NCBI GenBank assembly: GCA_963822445.1 | Contig: CAWGHO010000002.1 | Coordinates: forward strand, 2,048,001 to 2,112,000 | DNA length: 64,000 nucleotides | DNA from: an uncultured Acidobacteriota bacterium | GTDB taxonomy: Bacteria; Acidobacteriota; Thermoanaerobaculia; Gp7-AA8 | Direction of reading: 5' to 3' | In this document: one piece after another, positions 49,917 to 60,776 of the stretch | How positions within the stretch are numbered: the stretch's first letter is position 1 | Layout: every line of letters begins with the position of its first letter | Notes under the pieces: model-generated | Seen by the model: the letters and a program-made list of their open reading frames with translations, nothing else | What the model was told of the DNA's origin: nothing | Databases searched by the model: none | Position numbers and translations under genes: made by a program

Positions 49917-50270
49917 ATGACTGAAAAAATCTCGATGAAAGCGATCAAGCGGAGCAGCCGCTATCGCGTCGTGCTCAATGTGCCGGTGAAGCTCGGCCTC
50001 AAGGACGGAACCCTCGTCGACGTGAGCGAAGTCGGCGCGCTGGTCACTCATGAAGGCGCCTTGAAGAACGGCACCGAGACGAACATGACCTTCACTTACG
50101 AGAACAAGAAGTTCTTCGGCAAAGTGAAGATCGGTTCCTGCGGCGTGGTCGGACTGGGCGCGGGGCAGAAGGGCACGACCCTGTTCGCGTCGCGCCTGTA
50201 CTACACGGAGAACCTGCCCGAGGAGTCGAAGCAGATCATCGAGTCGATCCTCAATCCGCCGGAAGATTGA
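49917..50270 (+). CDS. PilZ-like domain protein
   Basis: KRSSRYRV and DVSEVGA (DxSxxG) motifs. Confidence 0.6.
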   Translation: MTEKISMKAIKRSSRYRVVLNVPVKLGLKDGTLVDVSEVGALVTHEGALKNGTETNMTFTYENKKFFGKVKIGSCGVVGLGAGQKGTTLFASRLYYTENLPEESKQIIESILNPPED

Positions 50271-50273
50271 GCG

Positions 50274-51446
50274 TCACGAACGGTAATCGGCGTTCAGGCT
50301 GACGTAGTCGTGGCCGAAGTCGCTCGACAGCACCACCGCCCGCCCGTTTCCACCGCCCAGGTCGACGTGTAGCGGCACCCGCTCGCGCGAGAACACCTTG
50401 GCCGCGTCTTTCTCGCGATAGGCCGCGGGCTCTCCGTTGACGACCAGCTTCACCTGACCCGCGGTCAGCGAGATTTTCTTCAGTGAGAAACGCGCGCCGC
50501 TGCGGCCGACCGCGGCCAGGATGCGGCCCCAGTTCGGATCTCCGCCGTGAAGCGCGGTCTTGACGAGCGGCGAAGTGGCGATCGCGTGCGCGGCGAGCTT
50601 CGCGTCCCGCTCCGTTTTCGCGCCGGTGACCTCGACTTCCATCACCCGGATCGCGCCTTCGCCGTCGCGGACGATCATCCACGCCAGCTCGCGGCAGATC
50701 TTGTCGAGCGCGCGCTGGAAGTCGGTCAGGTCGGCGCTGCTGGCGTTGTCGAGTTTCCCCGAGGCCAGGAGCAGGACCGTGTCGTTCGTCGAGGTGTCGC
50801 CGTCGACGGAGATCGAGTTGAAGCTTTGATCGACGGCGACCTTCAGCGCGCGCTGTAATGCGCCCGGTGCGACGTTCGCGTCGGTCATCACGAACGCGAG
50901 CATCGTGGCCATGTTCGGATGGATCATGCCCGCGCCTTTCGCGACTCCCACGAGACGCCCGCGCTTGCCGCCGAGGGTGAAGGTGGCCTGGGCGACTTTC
51001 GGGCCGACGTCGGTGGTGAGGATCGCGTGGGAGAGCGCGTCCACGCCGCCGCTGGACAGCCGGTTGACCGCGGCCGGCAGGAACTGGGTGACCTTTCTGT
51101 CCGGCAGCACGACGCCGATCACGCCCGTCGACGCGAGAAAGATCTCCTCCTCGGCGCACCGCAGAATCTCGGCGGCTTTCTCACGCACGCGCCTGGCCGC
51201 GTCGAGGCCGTCCTTGCCGGTCACCGCGTTCGCGCAGCCTGCGTTGACCACGACCGCTTTCACGCGTCCGCCGCTCTTCTTCAGGGCGGCCTTCGACAAC
51301 ACGACCGGCGCCGCCTGAAACCTGTTCTGGGTGAAGACGGCAGCCGCGTTCGCGCCGTTCTCCGCCACGATCAGGCCGAGGTCGGGGCGCTTCTTGCGAA
51401 TACCGGCGCGGACGCCGGAGGCGACAAAGCCGCGAGGCAGCTTCAC
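50274..51446 (-). CDS. argJ: Ornithine acetyltransferase/N-acetylglutamate synthase
   Basis: NAGCANA, STGVIG, AKGAGMIHPNMATML, DGDTSTND, DGEGA, DPNWGR. Confidence 0.97.
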   Translation of the reverse strand: MKLPRGFVASGVRAGIRKKRPDLGLIVAENGANAAAVFTQNRFQAAPVVLSKAALKKSGGRVKAVVVNAGCANAVTGKDGLDAARRVREKAAEILRCAEEEIFLASTGVIGVVLPDRKVTQFLPAAVNRLSSGGVDALSHAILTTDVGPKVAQATFTLGGKRGRLVGVAKGAGMIHPNMATMLAFVMTDANVAPGALQRALKVAVDQSFNSISVDGDTSTNDTVLLLASGKLDNASSADLTDFQRALDKICRELAWMIVRDGEGAIRVMEVEVTGAKTERDAKLAAHAIATSPLVKTALHGGDPNWGRILAAVGRSGARFSLKKISLTAGQVKLVVNGEPAAYREKDAAKVFSRERVPLHVDLGGGNGRAVVLSSDFGHDYVSLNADYRS

Positions 51447-52708
51447 TTCAAGAGCTCCAGCGCCGCGGCCTTCACCCGATCGGGATTCGTCCCGCCGAGA
51501 ACGTTCTTCTTCGCCAGCACGGTGTCGACGCTGTTCTTCGACGAGCCGAAGTCACGGCTCACGATCTCGTGCGCCTCGCGGAACGGCACGCCCTTCGCCG
51601 CCAGTTCATCGGCGGCATCAGTGGCGAGCAACAACGGGCTTGCCGCTGCGGCGCGCATGCGGTCGTGATTCACCTTCAGTCCTGCGATCAGCGCGGTCAG
51701 CGCCGGCAACAGAATGGCCAGCATCGTCCGCGTGCGGAACAGCGGCTCCTTGTCGAGCTGCAGATCTTTGTTGTACGCGAGCGGCAATCCCTTGAGCAGC
51801 GCCAGGAATCCGGTCAGCTCGCCGATGGACCGCGCCGCATGGCCGCGCGCGAGCTCGAGCACGTCCGGATTCTTCTTCTGGGGCATGCGCGAGGAACCGG
51901 TGGCGAGCGAGTCCGGCAGCTCGGCGTAATTCGCCTCGTCGCTGGTGATGAAGATCAGATCCTCGGCGAACCGCGACAGGTGCGTGAGCAGCAGCGACGC
52001 CGCGAAGAGGTACTCCGCGGCGAAATCGCGATCGGAAACGCCGTCGAGCGAGTTGCGCGTCGCCCGGGCAAAGCCGAGGGACTTCGCCAGACGCTCGCGG
52101 TCGATGGGCAGGGGAGTGCCGGCCAGCGCGCCGGAGCCGAGCGGGCATTCATCGCCGCGCGATTTCGCATCGGCGATGCGCGAGGCATCGCGCGTGAGCA
52201 TCTCCGCGTACGCGAGACACCAGTGCCCGAACGTGACCGGCTCGGCCTGTTTGAGATGCGTGTAGCCGGGCATCGGCGTCGCCGCTTCGTCGAGCGCCTT
52301 CTGCGCGACGGCCTTGATCAGCGAGTTCACCAGGGAGCTGGCGTCGTCGCAGGCTTTCTTCAGCCAGAGCTTGAGATCGGTGGCGACCTGATCGTTGCGG
52401 GAGCGGCCGGTGTGCAGTTTCCCGGCGAGTGTGCCGAGGGTTTCGCGGAGCTGCTCCTCGACGAACGAGTGCACGTCCTCGTACTCGCCGTCGACGAAGG
52501 TGATCATCTGCAGGCCGGAAACGAGCGCGCTCACCTCATCCGAAGTGAGCACGCCCGAAGCCCCGAGCTCCTGCGCCCACGCGATCGAGCCCTCCACGTC
52601 TTCCGCGAGCAGCTCGCGGTCGAACGCAAAGGAGTCGTTCAGCGCGCGCAGCAGCGCCGAGGGACCCTCACTGAAACGCCCGCCCCACATCGTCATTTCT
52701 TCGACCAT
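51443..52708 (-). CDS. argH: Argininosuccinate lyase
   Basis: [32 protein letters not shown]. Confidence 0.96.
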   Translation of the reverse strand: MVEEMTMWGGRFSEGPSALLRALNDSFAFDRELLAEDVEGSIAWAQELGASGVLTSDEVSALVSGLQMITFVDGEYEDVHSFVEEQLRETLGTLAGKLHTGRSRNDQVATDLKLWLKKACDDASSLVNSLIKAVAQKALDEAATPMPGYTHLKQAEPVTFGHWCLAYAEMLTRDASRIADAKSRGDECPLGSGALAGTPLPIDRERLAKSLGFARATRNSLDGVSDRDFAAEYLFAASLLLTHLSRFAEDLIFITSDEANYAELPDSLATGSSRMPQKKNPDVLELARGHAARSIGELTGFLALLKGLPLAYNKDLQLDKEPLFRTRTMLAILLPALTALIAGLKVNHDRMRAAAASPLLLATDAADELAAKGVPFREAHEIVSRDFGSSKNSVDTVLAKKNVLGGTNPDRVKAAALELLK

Positions 52709-53928
52709 CCTCCATTCGCCTTCTGAACGCTCTCCACGTCCATCGGCGAGAGCCGCTTCCGGCCGCGCAACTGCAGGCCGAACAGCTTGATGAAGCCGGC
52801 CGAATCAGTGACGTCGTAGCCGGTCATGTCGAACGAGGCCAGGTTCTGCTGGTACAGCGAGTACTGCGACTCTCGTCCGATCACGGTCGCGTTGCCTTTG
52901 TAGAGCTTCAGCGTGACCGAGCCGGTGACCGTCTCGCACAACGAATTCACGAACGCGTCGTAGGCCTCGCGCAGCGGCGAGAACCACTGCCCGTTGTAAA
53001 CCAGCTCCGCGTAACGCGTGGCCATCCGCTCTTTCTCGTGCGCCGAGTCGCGATCGAGCACGATCGACTCCAGCGCTTTCAATGCGCTCACCAGAAGCGT
53101 TCCGCCCGGCGTTTCGTACACGCCGCGGGACTTGATGCCGATCAGGCGATTCTCGACGATGTCCGCCCGGCCGACGCCGTGCCTGCCGCCGATCTCGTTC
53201 AGCGTCTGCACCAGCTTCGCCGGCGAGAGCTTCACGCCGTTGACCGCGACCGGGTAGCCCTCTTCGAAGGTGATGGTCACCTTCTCCGGCTCGTTCGGCG
53301 CGTCCATCGGATCCGTGGTCAGCTTGAACATCGACGCTTCCGGCTCGAACATCGGGTCCTCGAGCGGCCCGCCTTCGTGCGACAGATGCCAGAGGTTGCG
53401 ATCGCGCGAGTACGGATCTTTCTTCGTGACCGGCACCGGAATGCCGCGCGCGGCCGCGTAGTCGATCGCGTCTTCACGCGAGACGATGTCCCACTCGCGC
53501 CACGGCGCGACGATCTCCAGCTCCGGCGCGAGCGCCTGATAGGCGAGCTCGAACCGCACCTGATCGTTGCCCTTGCCCGTGCAACCGTGCGCGAGCGCAT
53601 CGCAGCCGGTGGCCAGGGCGATCTCGACCTGCTTGCGCGCGATGAGCGGGCGGGCGGTGGAGGTGCCGAGGAGGTAGTCGTGCTCGTAAATCGCGCCGGC
53701 TTTGAGAACCGGGAAGAGGTACTCCGCGGCGAACTCCTCCTTCGCGTCGACGAGGTGGAAGTCACACGCGCCGGTCGAATACGCCTTCTGCGCGAGACCG
53801 GTGGTCTCCTCGGCCTGACCGACGTCGACGGCCACCGCCACCACGTCGCAGCCGTAGTTCTCCTTCAGCCAGGAAATGATGATGGAGGTATCGAGACCTC
53901 CCGAATACGCCAGGGCGACCTTTTTCAC
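52693..53928 (-). CDS. argG: Argininosuccinate synthase
   Basis: [34 protein letters not shown]. Confidence 0.98.
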   Translation of the reverse strand: MKKVALAYSGGLDTSIIISWLKENYGCDVVAVAVDVGQAEETTGLAQKAYSTGACDFHLVDAKEEFAAEYLFPVLKAGAIYEHDYLLGTSTARPLIARKQVEIALATGCDALAHGCTGKGNDQVRFELAYQALAPELEIVAPWREWDIVSREDAIDYAAARGIPVPVTKKDPYSRDRNLWHLSHEGGPLEDPMFEPEASMFKLTTDPMDAPNEPEKVTITFEEGYPVAVNGVKLSPAKLVQTLNEIGGRHGVGRADIVENRLIGIKSRGVYETPGGTLLVSALKALESIVLDRDSAHEKERMATRYAELVYNGQWFSPLREAYDAFVNSLCETVTGSVTLKLYKGNATVIGRESQYSLYQQNLASFDMTGYDVTDSAGFIKLFGLQLRGRKRLSPMDVESVQKANGGWSKK

Positions 53929-55104
53929 GCTGCTTTCTCCTTAGAACCACCCAGCACGAGGGCCAGGGTGTCGATGAATTCGATGAGTGCTTTCTTGGGG
54001 ACGATGTAGGGCGGCAGCAGCCGCAGGACCTTCTCGCGAGCCGTTCCGACCACGAACCCGTGATCGAGCAGCTCCCGCGCAACCGGTGAAGCGAGACGAT
54101 CGAGCTCGATGCCCCACATCAGGCCCGAGCCACGGACGTCGACGACGTTGCTCAACTTCTTCAGCTCACCGCCGAACCATTCGCCGAGGGCGTTGATCTG
54201 CGGCAGCAGCTTTTCGGTTTCTTCGAGGACGATCGCGCCGAGGCGGCAGGCGATCGGGTTTCCGCCGAACGTCGTGCCGTGATGGCCGGGCTTGACCACT
54301 CCTTCCAGCGCCGCGCCGGTGAGCACCGCGCCGAGGGGCAGTCCGCCGCCGAGTGGCTTCGCCAGCGTGACGATGTCCGGAACGATGCCGCTCTTCTGAA
54401 ACGCGAAGAGATAGCCGGTCCGGCCGATGCCGCACTGGATCTCGTCGAGCACGAGCATCGTGCCGTGCAGATCGGCGATCCGCCGCGCGGCGATGAGGTA
54501 CTCGTCGGTCAGCGGGATGATTCCCCCCTCGCCCATGACCGGCTCGAGGAAAATCGCCGCGGTCTCATCGTCGACAGCCCCTTCGAGCGCGGCGATGTCA
54601 TTCGGCGCCACAAACGACACGCCCGGCACCAGCGGCGCGAACGGCGTCCGGTACGCGTCGTGTCCCGTCAGCGAGAGCGAGCCCAGCGTGCGGCCGTGGA
54701 ACGACTCTTCGAGCGCGACCAGCTTCGTCTTCTTCGTCGCCAGCCGCGCGAACTTCAGAGCCGCTTCATTCGCCTCCGTGCCGCTGTTGCAGAAGAACGC
54801 CCGGCACAGGCCGGACGCGCGCACCAGCTTCTCCGCGAGGATGCCCTGCGCGGGGTGGTAGTAGAGATTCGAGACGTGCAGCAGCTCGTCGCTTTTGAGC
54901 GCCTTCATGAGCCGCGGATGCTTGTGGCCGAGGACGTTCACGGCGATGCCGCCGAGGAGGTCCCAGTACTGCGCGGCCTTCGGCGTCGAACAGACGGGCG
55001 CCCTTTCCATCGCGGGGATGGAACGGCGTGCGCGCATACGTCTTCACCAGGAACGCGTTCTCACGCGCTTCGACAGCGGCCGGCGTTTCGTCATGCAGCA
55101 ACAA
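53925..55104 (-). CDS. argD: Acetylornithine aminotransferase; frameshifted near 54972
   Basis: N-part KTYAR...[11 protein letters not shown] (TTG start, GGAGG RBS) out of frame with [10 protein letters not shown]...NSGTEANE...DEIQCG...LAKPLGGG. Confidence 0.9.
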
Positions 55105-55825
55105 GGTGAGTTCCTCCGTTCTCTCCGATTTCGATCGCGCCCACTCCGGCGCGCAAGGCAGACAGCGCCGCCTGCAGCTTCGGCTTCATACCGCCGCTGA
55201 CGACTTCGATGTACGTCTCCGCTTCATTCGCTCCCAGCGTCGGCACGACCTCGCCGTTCGCGTCGAGCAGTCCCGCTACGTCGGTGATGAACCGCAGCGA
55301 CTTCGCCTGCAGAGCCACGGCGAGTGCCGCCGCGGCGCTGTCCGCGTTCACGTTCAGCAGGTCGCCGTCGGTGGTCTGCGCGATCGACGAAACGACCGGC
55401 AGGATTCCGTACGTCAGCATCGCCTTCACCAGCGTGCAGTTCGCACCGGTGACCCGGCCGACATGACCCAGCTCCACGCCGTCGATCGGCGGATGCTGGG
55501 TCGCTACGAGCGTCGCGTCGCTGCCGGAGATCCCGGCCGCCCGCACGCCCAGCTTCGTCAGCTCGCTGACCAGCATCTTGTTGACCGTGCCGCCGAGGAC
55601 CGACACGACCACTTCCAGCGTCGCGTCGTCGGTGATCCGCAGACCGGCGTGAGTCTTCTTGGCGATGCCGAGCTTCGCCAGCTTCGCGTCGATGTGCTTC
55701 CCGCCGCCATGGACGAGCACCACGTTCTCGCCGGCGTTCCAGCGCGCGACGATCGTCTTCAGAGCGGCATCGCGGCGCGAAACGTCGTCGAGCAGTGAAC
55801 CGCCAAGCTTGATTACTGTCGTCAC
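55091..55825 (-). CDS. argB: Acetylglutamate kinase
   Basis: VIKLGG, VHGGG, GLRITD, LNVNAD, GGMKPK; GTGA overlap with argC. Confidence 0.95.
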   Translation of the reverse strand: MTTVIKLGGSLLDDVSRRDAALKTIVARWNAGENVVLVHGGGKHIDAKLAKLGIAKKTHAGLRITDDATLEVVVSVLGGTVNKMLVSELTKLGVRAAGISGSDATLVATQHPPIDGVELGHVGRVTGANCTLVKAMLTYGILPVVSSIAQTTDGDLLNVNADSAAAALAVALQAKSLRFITDVAGLLDANGEVVPTLGANEAETYIEVVSGGMKPKLQAALSALRAGVGAIEIGENGGTHLVAA

Positions 55826-56790
55826 TGGAGCCCCTCCGTCTCCGCATATCCATGCATGCGGTTGAAGTTCTGCACGGCCTGCGAGGCCGCACCTTTGAGC
55901 AGGTTGTCGATCACGCTGACGATCACGGCCCGCTTGCCGCCCTGCAGCAGGTGGAAACCGATCTCCGCGTACGGCGTGTTGACCACGTTCTTGAGCTCCG
56001 GCATCTGGCCGGCCGGCAGGACCCGAACGAACGGTGCGTTCGCATACGCGTCGTCGTACGTCGCCTTCAGCTCCTCGGCCGTCACCGGATGGGTGAAGCC
56101 GACGTGCATCGTCGAGAGAATCCCGCGTACGGTCGGCAGCAGGTGCGGCACGAACACGAGCGTGGTGCGCTCGCCGAGCTTGAGGCCCTGGCGGATCTCC
56201 GGCTCGTGCCGGTGCTTGCCGATGCCGTACGTCTTGAAGTTGCCGAATAGCTCGGAGAACGAAAACGCCACGTCCGCCTTCTTGCCCGCGCCCGAGACGC
56301 CGCTCTTCGAATCGCAGATGACCGGCTGGTCGCGATCGAGGATGAACGTCAGCGGCCGTAGCGCGAGGAGGATAGAAGTCGGGTAGCAACCCGGATTCGC
56401 AACCAGCCGCGCCTTCTTCAACTCGCCATTGCAGAGTTCCGGCAGTCCATAAACCGCCTCGGCCAGAAGCTCCGGACGCGGATGCTCGAAGCCGTACCAC
56501 GACGGATAAAGCGCCGGCTCGCCGAGGCGGAACGCGCCCGACAGGTCGATGACCTTGATGCCCGCGTCGAGGATGGCCGGCGCGATCTCGGCCGAGGTCT
56601 CGTTCGGCGTCGCCAGGAACGCAACTTCGGTCTTGGCGGCGATCATCGCCTCGAGCGAATAGGTCGTGCTCGAAAACGACGCGACAACCTCGGCATGCGG
56701 ATGCCGGCCGAGGATGCGCACCAGCTCTTCGCCGGCATATCCGGTTGCGCCTGCGATGGCGACACACGTTCTCTGTTGTTCGTTAATCAT
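55822..56790 (-). CDS. argC: N-acetyl-gamma-glutamyl-phosphate reductase
   Basis: GATGYAG, DLSGAFR, NPGCYPT, SGVSGAG, HRHEPEI, DNLLKGA. Confidence 0.97.
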   Translation of the reverse strand: MINEQQRTCVAIAGATGYAGEELVRILGRHPHAEVVASFSSTTYSLEAMIAAKTEVAFLATPNETSAEIAPAILDAGIKVIDLSGAFRLGEPALYPSWYGFEHPRPELLAEAVYGLPELCNGELKKARLVANPGCYPTSILLALRPLTFILDRDQPVICDSKSGVSGAGKKADVAFSFSELFGNFKTYGIGKHRHEPEIRQGLKLGERTTLVFVPHLLPTVRGILSTMHVGFTHPVTAEELKATYDDAYANAPFVRVLPAGQMPELKNVVNTPYAEIGFHLLQGGKRAVIVSVIDNLLKGAASQAVQNFNRMHGYAETEGLQ

Positions 56791-56818
56791 GGTCGTGGCT
56801 CCGAATCCGTAGCCGCGC

Positions 56819-57328
56819 CTATGCGCGCGTACGGCGTCGCGAGGTGTGAATCCCTGCGACTTCGTGTACTCGCCGCACGAATGCATCGGCGGCGGCGGGA
56901 GTGCGAAAAGCGATGAAGATCGTGTCGTCGCCGCCGATGGTGCCGAGGATGTCCTCGATCGGCGCCGCGTCGATTGCACTGGCCAGCGGCTGAGCCTCGG
57001 CCACCGGCGTTTTGATGACCACCATGTTCACCGCGGCCTCGGCGAAGAGGACGCGATCCCGGAGGAGCTGCTCGAGCCGGTGCTCGCGCGACTCCCGCGG
57101 GGTGAAGGTCGCGACGGGCGCGAGCGCTTCAGGCGTGACGTAGCCGGCCGGAGTCTTGATCAGGCCGAGATCGCGGAGGTCCCGCGAGAGCGTCGGCTGA
57201 GTGACCTGGAACCCGAGCTTGCGCAGCGCGGCCATCAGCTCGTCCTGGGAGTGGACGGCAGTCTGGCGGACGGTCCGGAGGATTTCCTCCCGTCTGCGCA
57301 ATGCTTCGCTGGCTGCATGATTATTCAT
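56819..57328 (-). CDS. argR: Arginine repressor
   Basis: SQDEL...VTQPTLSRDL, GTIGGDDTIF. Confidence 0.95.
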   Translation of the reverse strand: MNNHAASEALRRREEILRTVRQTAVHSQDELMAALRKLGFQVTQPTLSRDLRDLGLIKTPAGYVTPEALAPVATFTPRESREHRLEQLLRDRVLFAEAAVNMVVIKTPVAEAQPLASAIDAAPIEDILGTIGGDDTIFIAFRTPAAADAFVRRVHEVAGIHTSRRRTRA

Positions 57329-57365
57329 CTTCACGAATCTTTATGCATGAACCGGGTCGTGTCAA
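57313..57365 (-). promoter_or_regulatory. Tandem ARG boxes and -35 TTGACA of the arg operon
   Basis: Minus strand: TTGACA...ATGCATAAAGATTCGT-gaag-ATGAATAATCATGCAG; matches the TG(A/C)AT-AT-rich-AT(T/G)CA ArgR-type pattern. Confidence 0.8.
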
Positions 57366-57424
57366 GGGTTATTTCGCCCGGCTCTCCCTTTGCATTTCCC
57401 GTAATTCAGGAGGCCAGGTTTCCC

Positions 57425-57595
57425 ATGTCCCGAGTCGAGCGCACTGACGACCAGCAGAAGCACCAGCCCAGGCAGGCTCTTCGGGGCCGCCGTCCCTCAG
57501 CGCCGCAGCGCGAGTCCAGCCCCGGCCGCACGCCCAGCAAGGCGGAAGGGGAAGTGTCCGACGTCGAGGAAGCCCTCGAGCGGCAGCGCGAGTAG
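57425..57595 (+). CDS. Small hydrophilic hypothetical protein (56 aa)
   Basis: AGGAGG upstream; MSRVERTDDQQKH...AEGEVSDVEEALERQRE; fills the gap between argR and the MutS-like gene. Confidence 0.5.
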   Translation: MSRVERTDDQQKHQPRQALRGRRPSAPQRESSPGRTPSKAEGEVSDVEEALERQRE

Positions 57596-59419
57596 CTAAA
57601 CCTCGATCCCCACGCTCCTCATCAGCTCCAGTGCATTGCTCTTGGTGACGACCCCCGGGCGCATCCGGTAGTCGAACACCACCCGCCCTTCCTCGATGTG
57701 GTCCTCGAAGTGGACGTTGGCCGCGCGTGGCGCCAGCTCCTCCGCGATCTGCGCCAGCGCCAGATCGTGCGTCGAGACCAACCCGACCGCCCCGTGGTCC
57801 ACGAGACTCCGCACGATGGCCTCGGCACCGATCCGCCGGTCATGGGAGTTCGTCCCGGCCAGCACTTCGTCAAGGAGAAACAGCAGCGGTCCCGAGCGCG
57901 ACAGATCGAGGACCTGCCGGATCCGCAAAATCTCCGCGTAAAACCGCGAGGCGTTTTCCTGCAGCGAGTCGTGCAGGCGGATCGAGGCGCCGACGGCCAT
58001 CGGCGCGATCCGCAGCGACTTCGCACATACCGGCCCGCCGGCCATGGCCAGCACGGCGGCGATCCCGACGCTGCGCATCATCGTGCTCTTGCCGGACATG
58101 TTCGAGCCGCTCACCACCAGCAGGCGCAGGGTTTCGTCGAGGCGGAGGTCGTTGGTGATCCGCCGTTCGGCCGGAATGAGGGGATGGCCCAGCTCGCGGG
58201 CGTCGAACAGCGGACCTTCGGTGACGACCTCGGGGACTGCGAAGGCAGGCTGCTCGAACGCGAAGGAAGCCAGGGATGACAGCGCCTCGATCTCGCCGAC
58301 CACTTCGATCCAGTCGGCGATGTGCGATCCCGAGCGCAGCCGCCAGCGCTCGATGGACATGGCCACGTTCGGCGTCCAGAGCAGAAGGAGCGCGAACGGT
58401 GCGAAGAACTGATTGCGTCGCGCGTCGAGCAGCGACACCAGCCGGCGCAGCCGCTCGATCTCCTTCGACGCCGCGTTCTCCGCGCCACGCAACCGCGCCG
58501 ACAACGCCGACAGCCGGGCGCCCTCGAACGATTCGCGCTCGATCCGTGTGACGAGACCGGCGAGCAGGGCCAGCGCGGGCTCGGCGCGTTCCACGGCGAT
58601 CACGATCGGCTCGACCCGCGGGTGAATGTGTCGCGCGAAAAACGCCGCCGCCAGCACGGCGGCGCCGAGCGGCCACAATGGAAAGTCGGCAAGGCGGCCG
58701 AACGAGTCGATCGCTTCCGGATGGGTGAGGCCCACGACCCACGCCAAGATCGCCGGCAGCGAGACCAATAGAAGAAGGATGCAGACCGCCGGCAGCACCA
58801 GCACCGCGACCCGTTCCCAGCCCGCGATCGGCACCGGCGCCATCGCCGACCACTGCTCGAGCTTCGCGCTCTCCACATCCTTCGCAACCTCGCGCGCGGC
58901 CACCGCGAGGTCCTCACGGAGGTCGACGTTCTCGCGCAGCTCCTGCACCGCCTCCTGCCGCGAGTGGATCTCCGTCACGTCCTGCGCCGGCGTCTTCAGC
59001 CAGGATCCGAGGCGCTCGCGTCCGGCGCGCGTCGTCGCCAGCGAGAGCAGCTCGAAGATCGATCCTTTTCCGAAGAGATCGAAATCGGCGGAGTAGGGAT
59101 GATGCTCTTCCTCGAGATCGTCCCCGGCATCGCCGACGCCCGCCCACGTTCCGTCGATGCGCGCCAGCCCGCGCGCGTAGAACGCCGCGCGGTTCTCGGC
59201 GCGCTTGCGCTCCCGCACGACCTTCTCGTGCACGATGACCAGGACGATGAAGACGATCACCGGAAGCAGCGCCGCGGCCACGCTCCAGAAGGTGATGAGA
59301 ATCGCGAGGCCGATCGACACCAGCCGGGCGATCGACAGGGTCCGCTCCCGCCGCGTCAGCGCGTCGGCGACGGACTGCCGGGCAGAGCGCCGTTCAGCGT
59401 AGAGTTCGCGCGGCAGCAT
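57596..59419 (-). CDS. Membrane-anchored MutS-related ATPase (domain V only)
   Basis: N-terminal TM helices; LGHPL, SGSNMSGKST, SRFYAE, LLDEVLAGTNS, STHD; no mismatch-recognition domain visible. Confidence 0.9.
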   Translation of the reverse strand: MLPRELYAERRSARQSVADALTRRERTLSIARLVSIGLAILITFWSVAAALLPVIVFIVLVIVHEKVVRERKRAENRAAFYARGLARIDGTWAGVGDAGDDLEEEHHPYSADFDLFGKGSIFELLSLATTRAGRERLGSWLKTPAQDVTEIHSRQEAVQELRENVDLREDLAVAAREVAKDVESAKLEQWSAMAPVPIAGWERVAVLVLPAVCILLLLVSLPAILAWVVGLTHPEAIDSFGRLADFPLWPLGAAVLAAAFFARHIHPRVEPIVIAVERAEPALALLAGLVTRIERESFEGARLSALSARLRGAENAASKEIERLRRLVSLLDARRNQFFAPFALLLLWTPNVAMSIERWRLRSGSHIADWIEVVGEIEALSSLASFAFEQPAFAVPEVVTEGPLFDARELGHPLIPAERRITNDLRLDETLRLLVVSGSNMSGKSTMMRSVGIAAVLAMAGGPVCAKSLRIAPMAVGASIRLHDSLQENASRFYAEILRIRQVLDLSRSGPLLFLLDEVLAGTNSHDRRIGAEAIVRSLVDHGAVGLVSTHDLALAQIAEELAPRAANVHFEDHIEEGRVVFDYRMRPGVVTKSNALELMRSVGIEV

Positions 59420-59435
59420 GGCGCCCCATTCAACC

Positions 59436-60767
59436 ATGAACTTTCCGCCTGGCCCGCGCACCTGGATTCCCGGCGCGTACCTCCGCGCCATGCAGCATCG
59501 AACGCTCTCCTTCCTCACCGGCCTCGGCAATGAATACGGCGACGCCGCCCGCTTCCGCATCGCCCGCACGCCGGTCTACTTCTTCCGCCATCCCGAGCAG
59601 ATCCGCGAGACGCTGATCACGAAGAGCTCCTCCTTCATCAAAGGGCTGGCTTTGCAGCGGACGAAAGTCGTCCTCGGCGAAGGACTGCTGACCAGCGAAG
59701 GCGAGCTGCACAAGCGCCAGCGCCGCCTCGCCCAGCCGGCCTTTCACCGCGAGCGCATTCAGCGTTACGGGGAGGTGATGGTCGAGCGCGCGCTGATCAC
59801 GCGCGATGAATGGCAGGACGGACAGGTCCTCGACGTCCATCACGAGATGATGCTGCTCACGCTGGCCGTCGTGGCCAAAACGCTCTTCGATGCGAACGTC
59901 GACGACGAGGCCGATGAGATCGGCGGCGCGCTCACGGAGCTCATCGAGATGTTCCCGCTGCTGATGAACCCGTACTCGCTGTTTCTGCTGAAGCTTCCTC
60001 TGCCGCGCGTCAGGAAGTTCGAGCGCGCCCTGGCGCGGCTGGATCACACCATCTACTCCATCATCGAAGACCGCCGGCGAAGCGGCGCCGATCGCGGCGA
60101 TCTCCTCTCCATGCTCCTTCTGGCCACGGACACCGAGGGCGATGGGGGAGGGATGAGTAACAAACAGCTCCGCGACGAAACGCTCACGCTCTTTCTCGCC
60201 GGACACGAGACCACCGCGAACGCGCTGGCCTGGACCTGGTACTTGCTAGCGCGGAATCCGGAGGTCGAGCGTGAGATGCACCGCGAGGTCGACGAAGTAC
60301 TCGCCGGCCGCACGCCCACTCCCGCCGACTACCCGCGGTTGCCGTACACGGAGATGGTCCTCGCCGAATCGATGCGCCTCTTTCCGCCGGCGTGGGGTCT
60401 CGGACGCTACGCGATCGAGGACGTGAAGATCGGCGAATGGGATGTTCCGAAGAACAGCCTGGTCATCCTCTCGCAATGGGTCACCCACCGCGACGCCCGC
60501 TTCTGGCCCGATCCGGAACGTTTCGATCCGCACCGCTTCACCGCCGAAGCCAAAGCCACGCGGCCGAAAATGTCCTACTTCCCCTTCGGCGGCGGTCCCC
60601 GCGTCTGCATCGGCGAAAGCTTCGCCTGGATGGAAGGCGTCCTCCTGCTGGCGACGCTCGCGCAGAAGTGGCGGTTCGAGTCGGTGGGGAAGGATGTCGA
60701 GCCTCAGGCCTTGATCACGCTCAGGCCCAAGGGCGGAATGCCGATGAAAGCGGTTCATCGGCGTTAG
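59436..60767 (+). CDS. Cytochrome P450
   Basis: PPGP, AGHETT, ESMR (ExxR), PERF, FGGGPRVCIG. Confidence 0.96.
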   Translation: MNFPPGPRTWIPGAYLRAMQHRTLSFLTGLGNEYGDAARFRIARTPVYFFRHPEQIRETLITKSSSFIKGLALQRTKVVLGEGLLTSEGELHKRQRRLAQPAFHRERIQRYGEVMVERALITRDEWQDGQVLDVHHEMMLLTLAVVAKTLFDANVDDEADEIGGALTELIEMFPLLMNPYSLFLLKLPLPRVRKFERALARLDHTIYSIIEDRRRSGADRGDLLSMLLLATDTEGDGGGMSNKQLRDETLTLFLAGHETTANALAWTWYLLARNPEVEREMHREVDEVLAGRTPTPADYPRLPYTEMVLAESMRLFPPAWGLGRYAIEDVKIGEWDVPKNSLVILSQWVTHRDARFWPDPERFDPHRFTAEAKATRPKMSYFPFGGGPRVCIGESFAWMEGVLLLATLAQKWRFESVGKDVEPQALITLRPKGGMPMKAVHRR

Positions 60768-60776
60768 ACTCTCCCC

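Noticed and set aside
57596-59419. Canonical mismatch-repair mutS
   Set aside because: Too short, has TM helices, and only the ATPase domain is recognisable.
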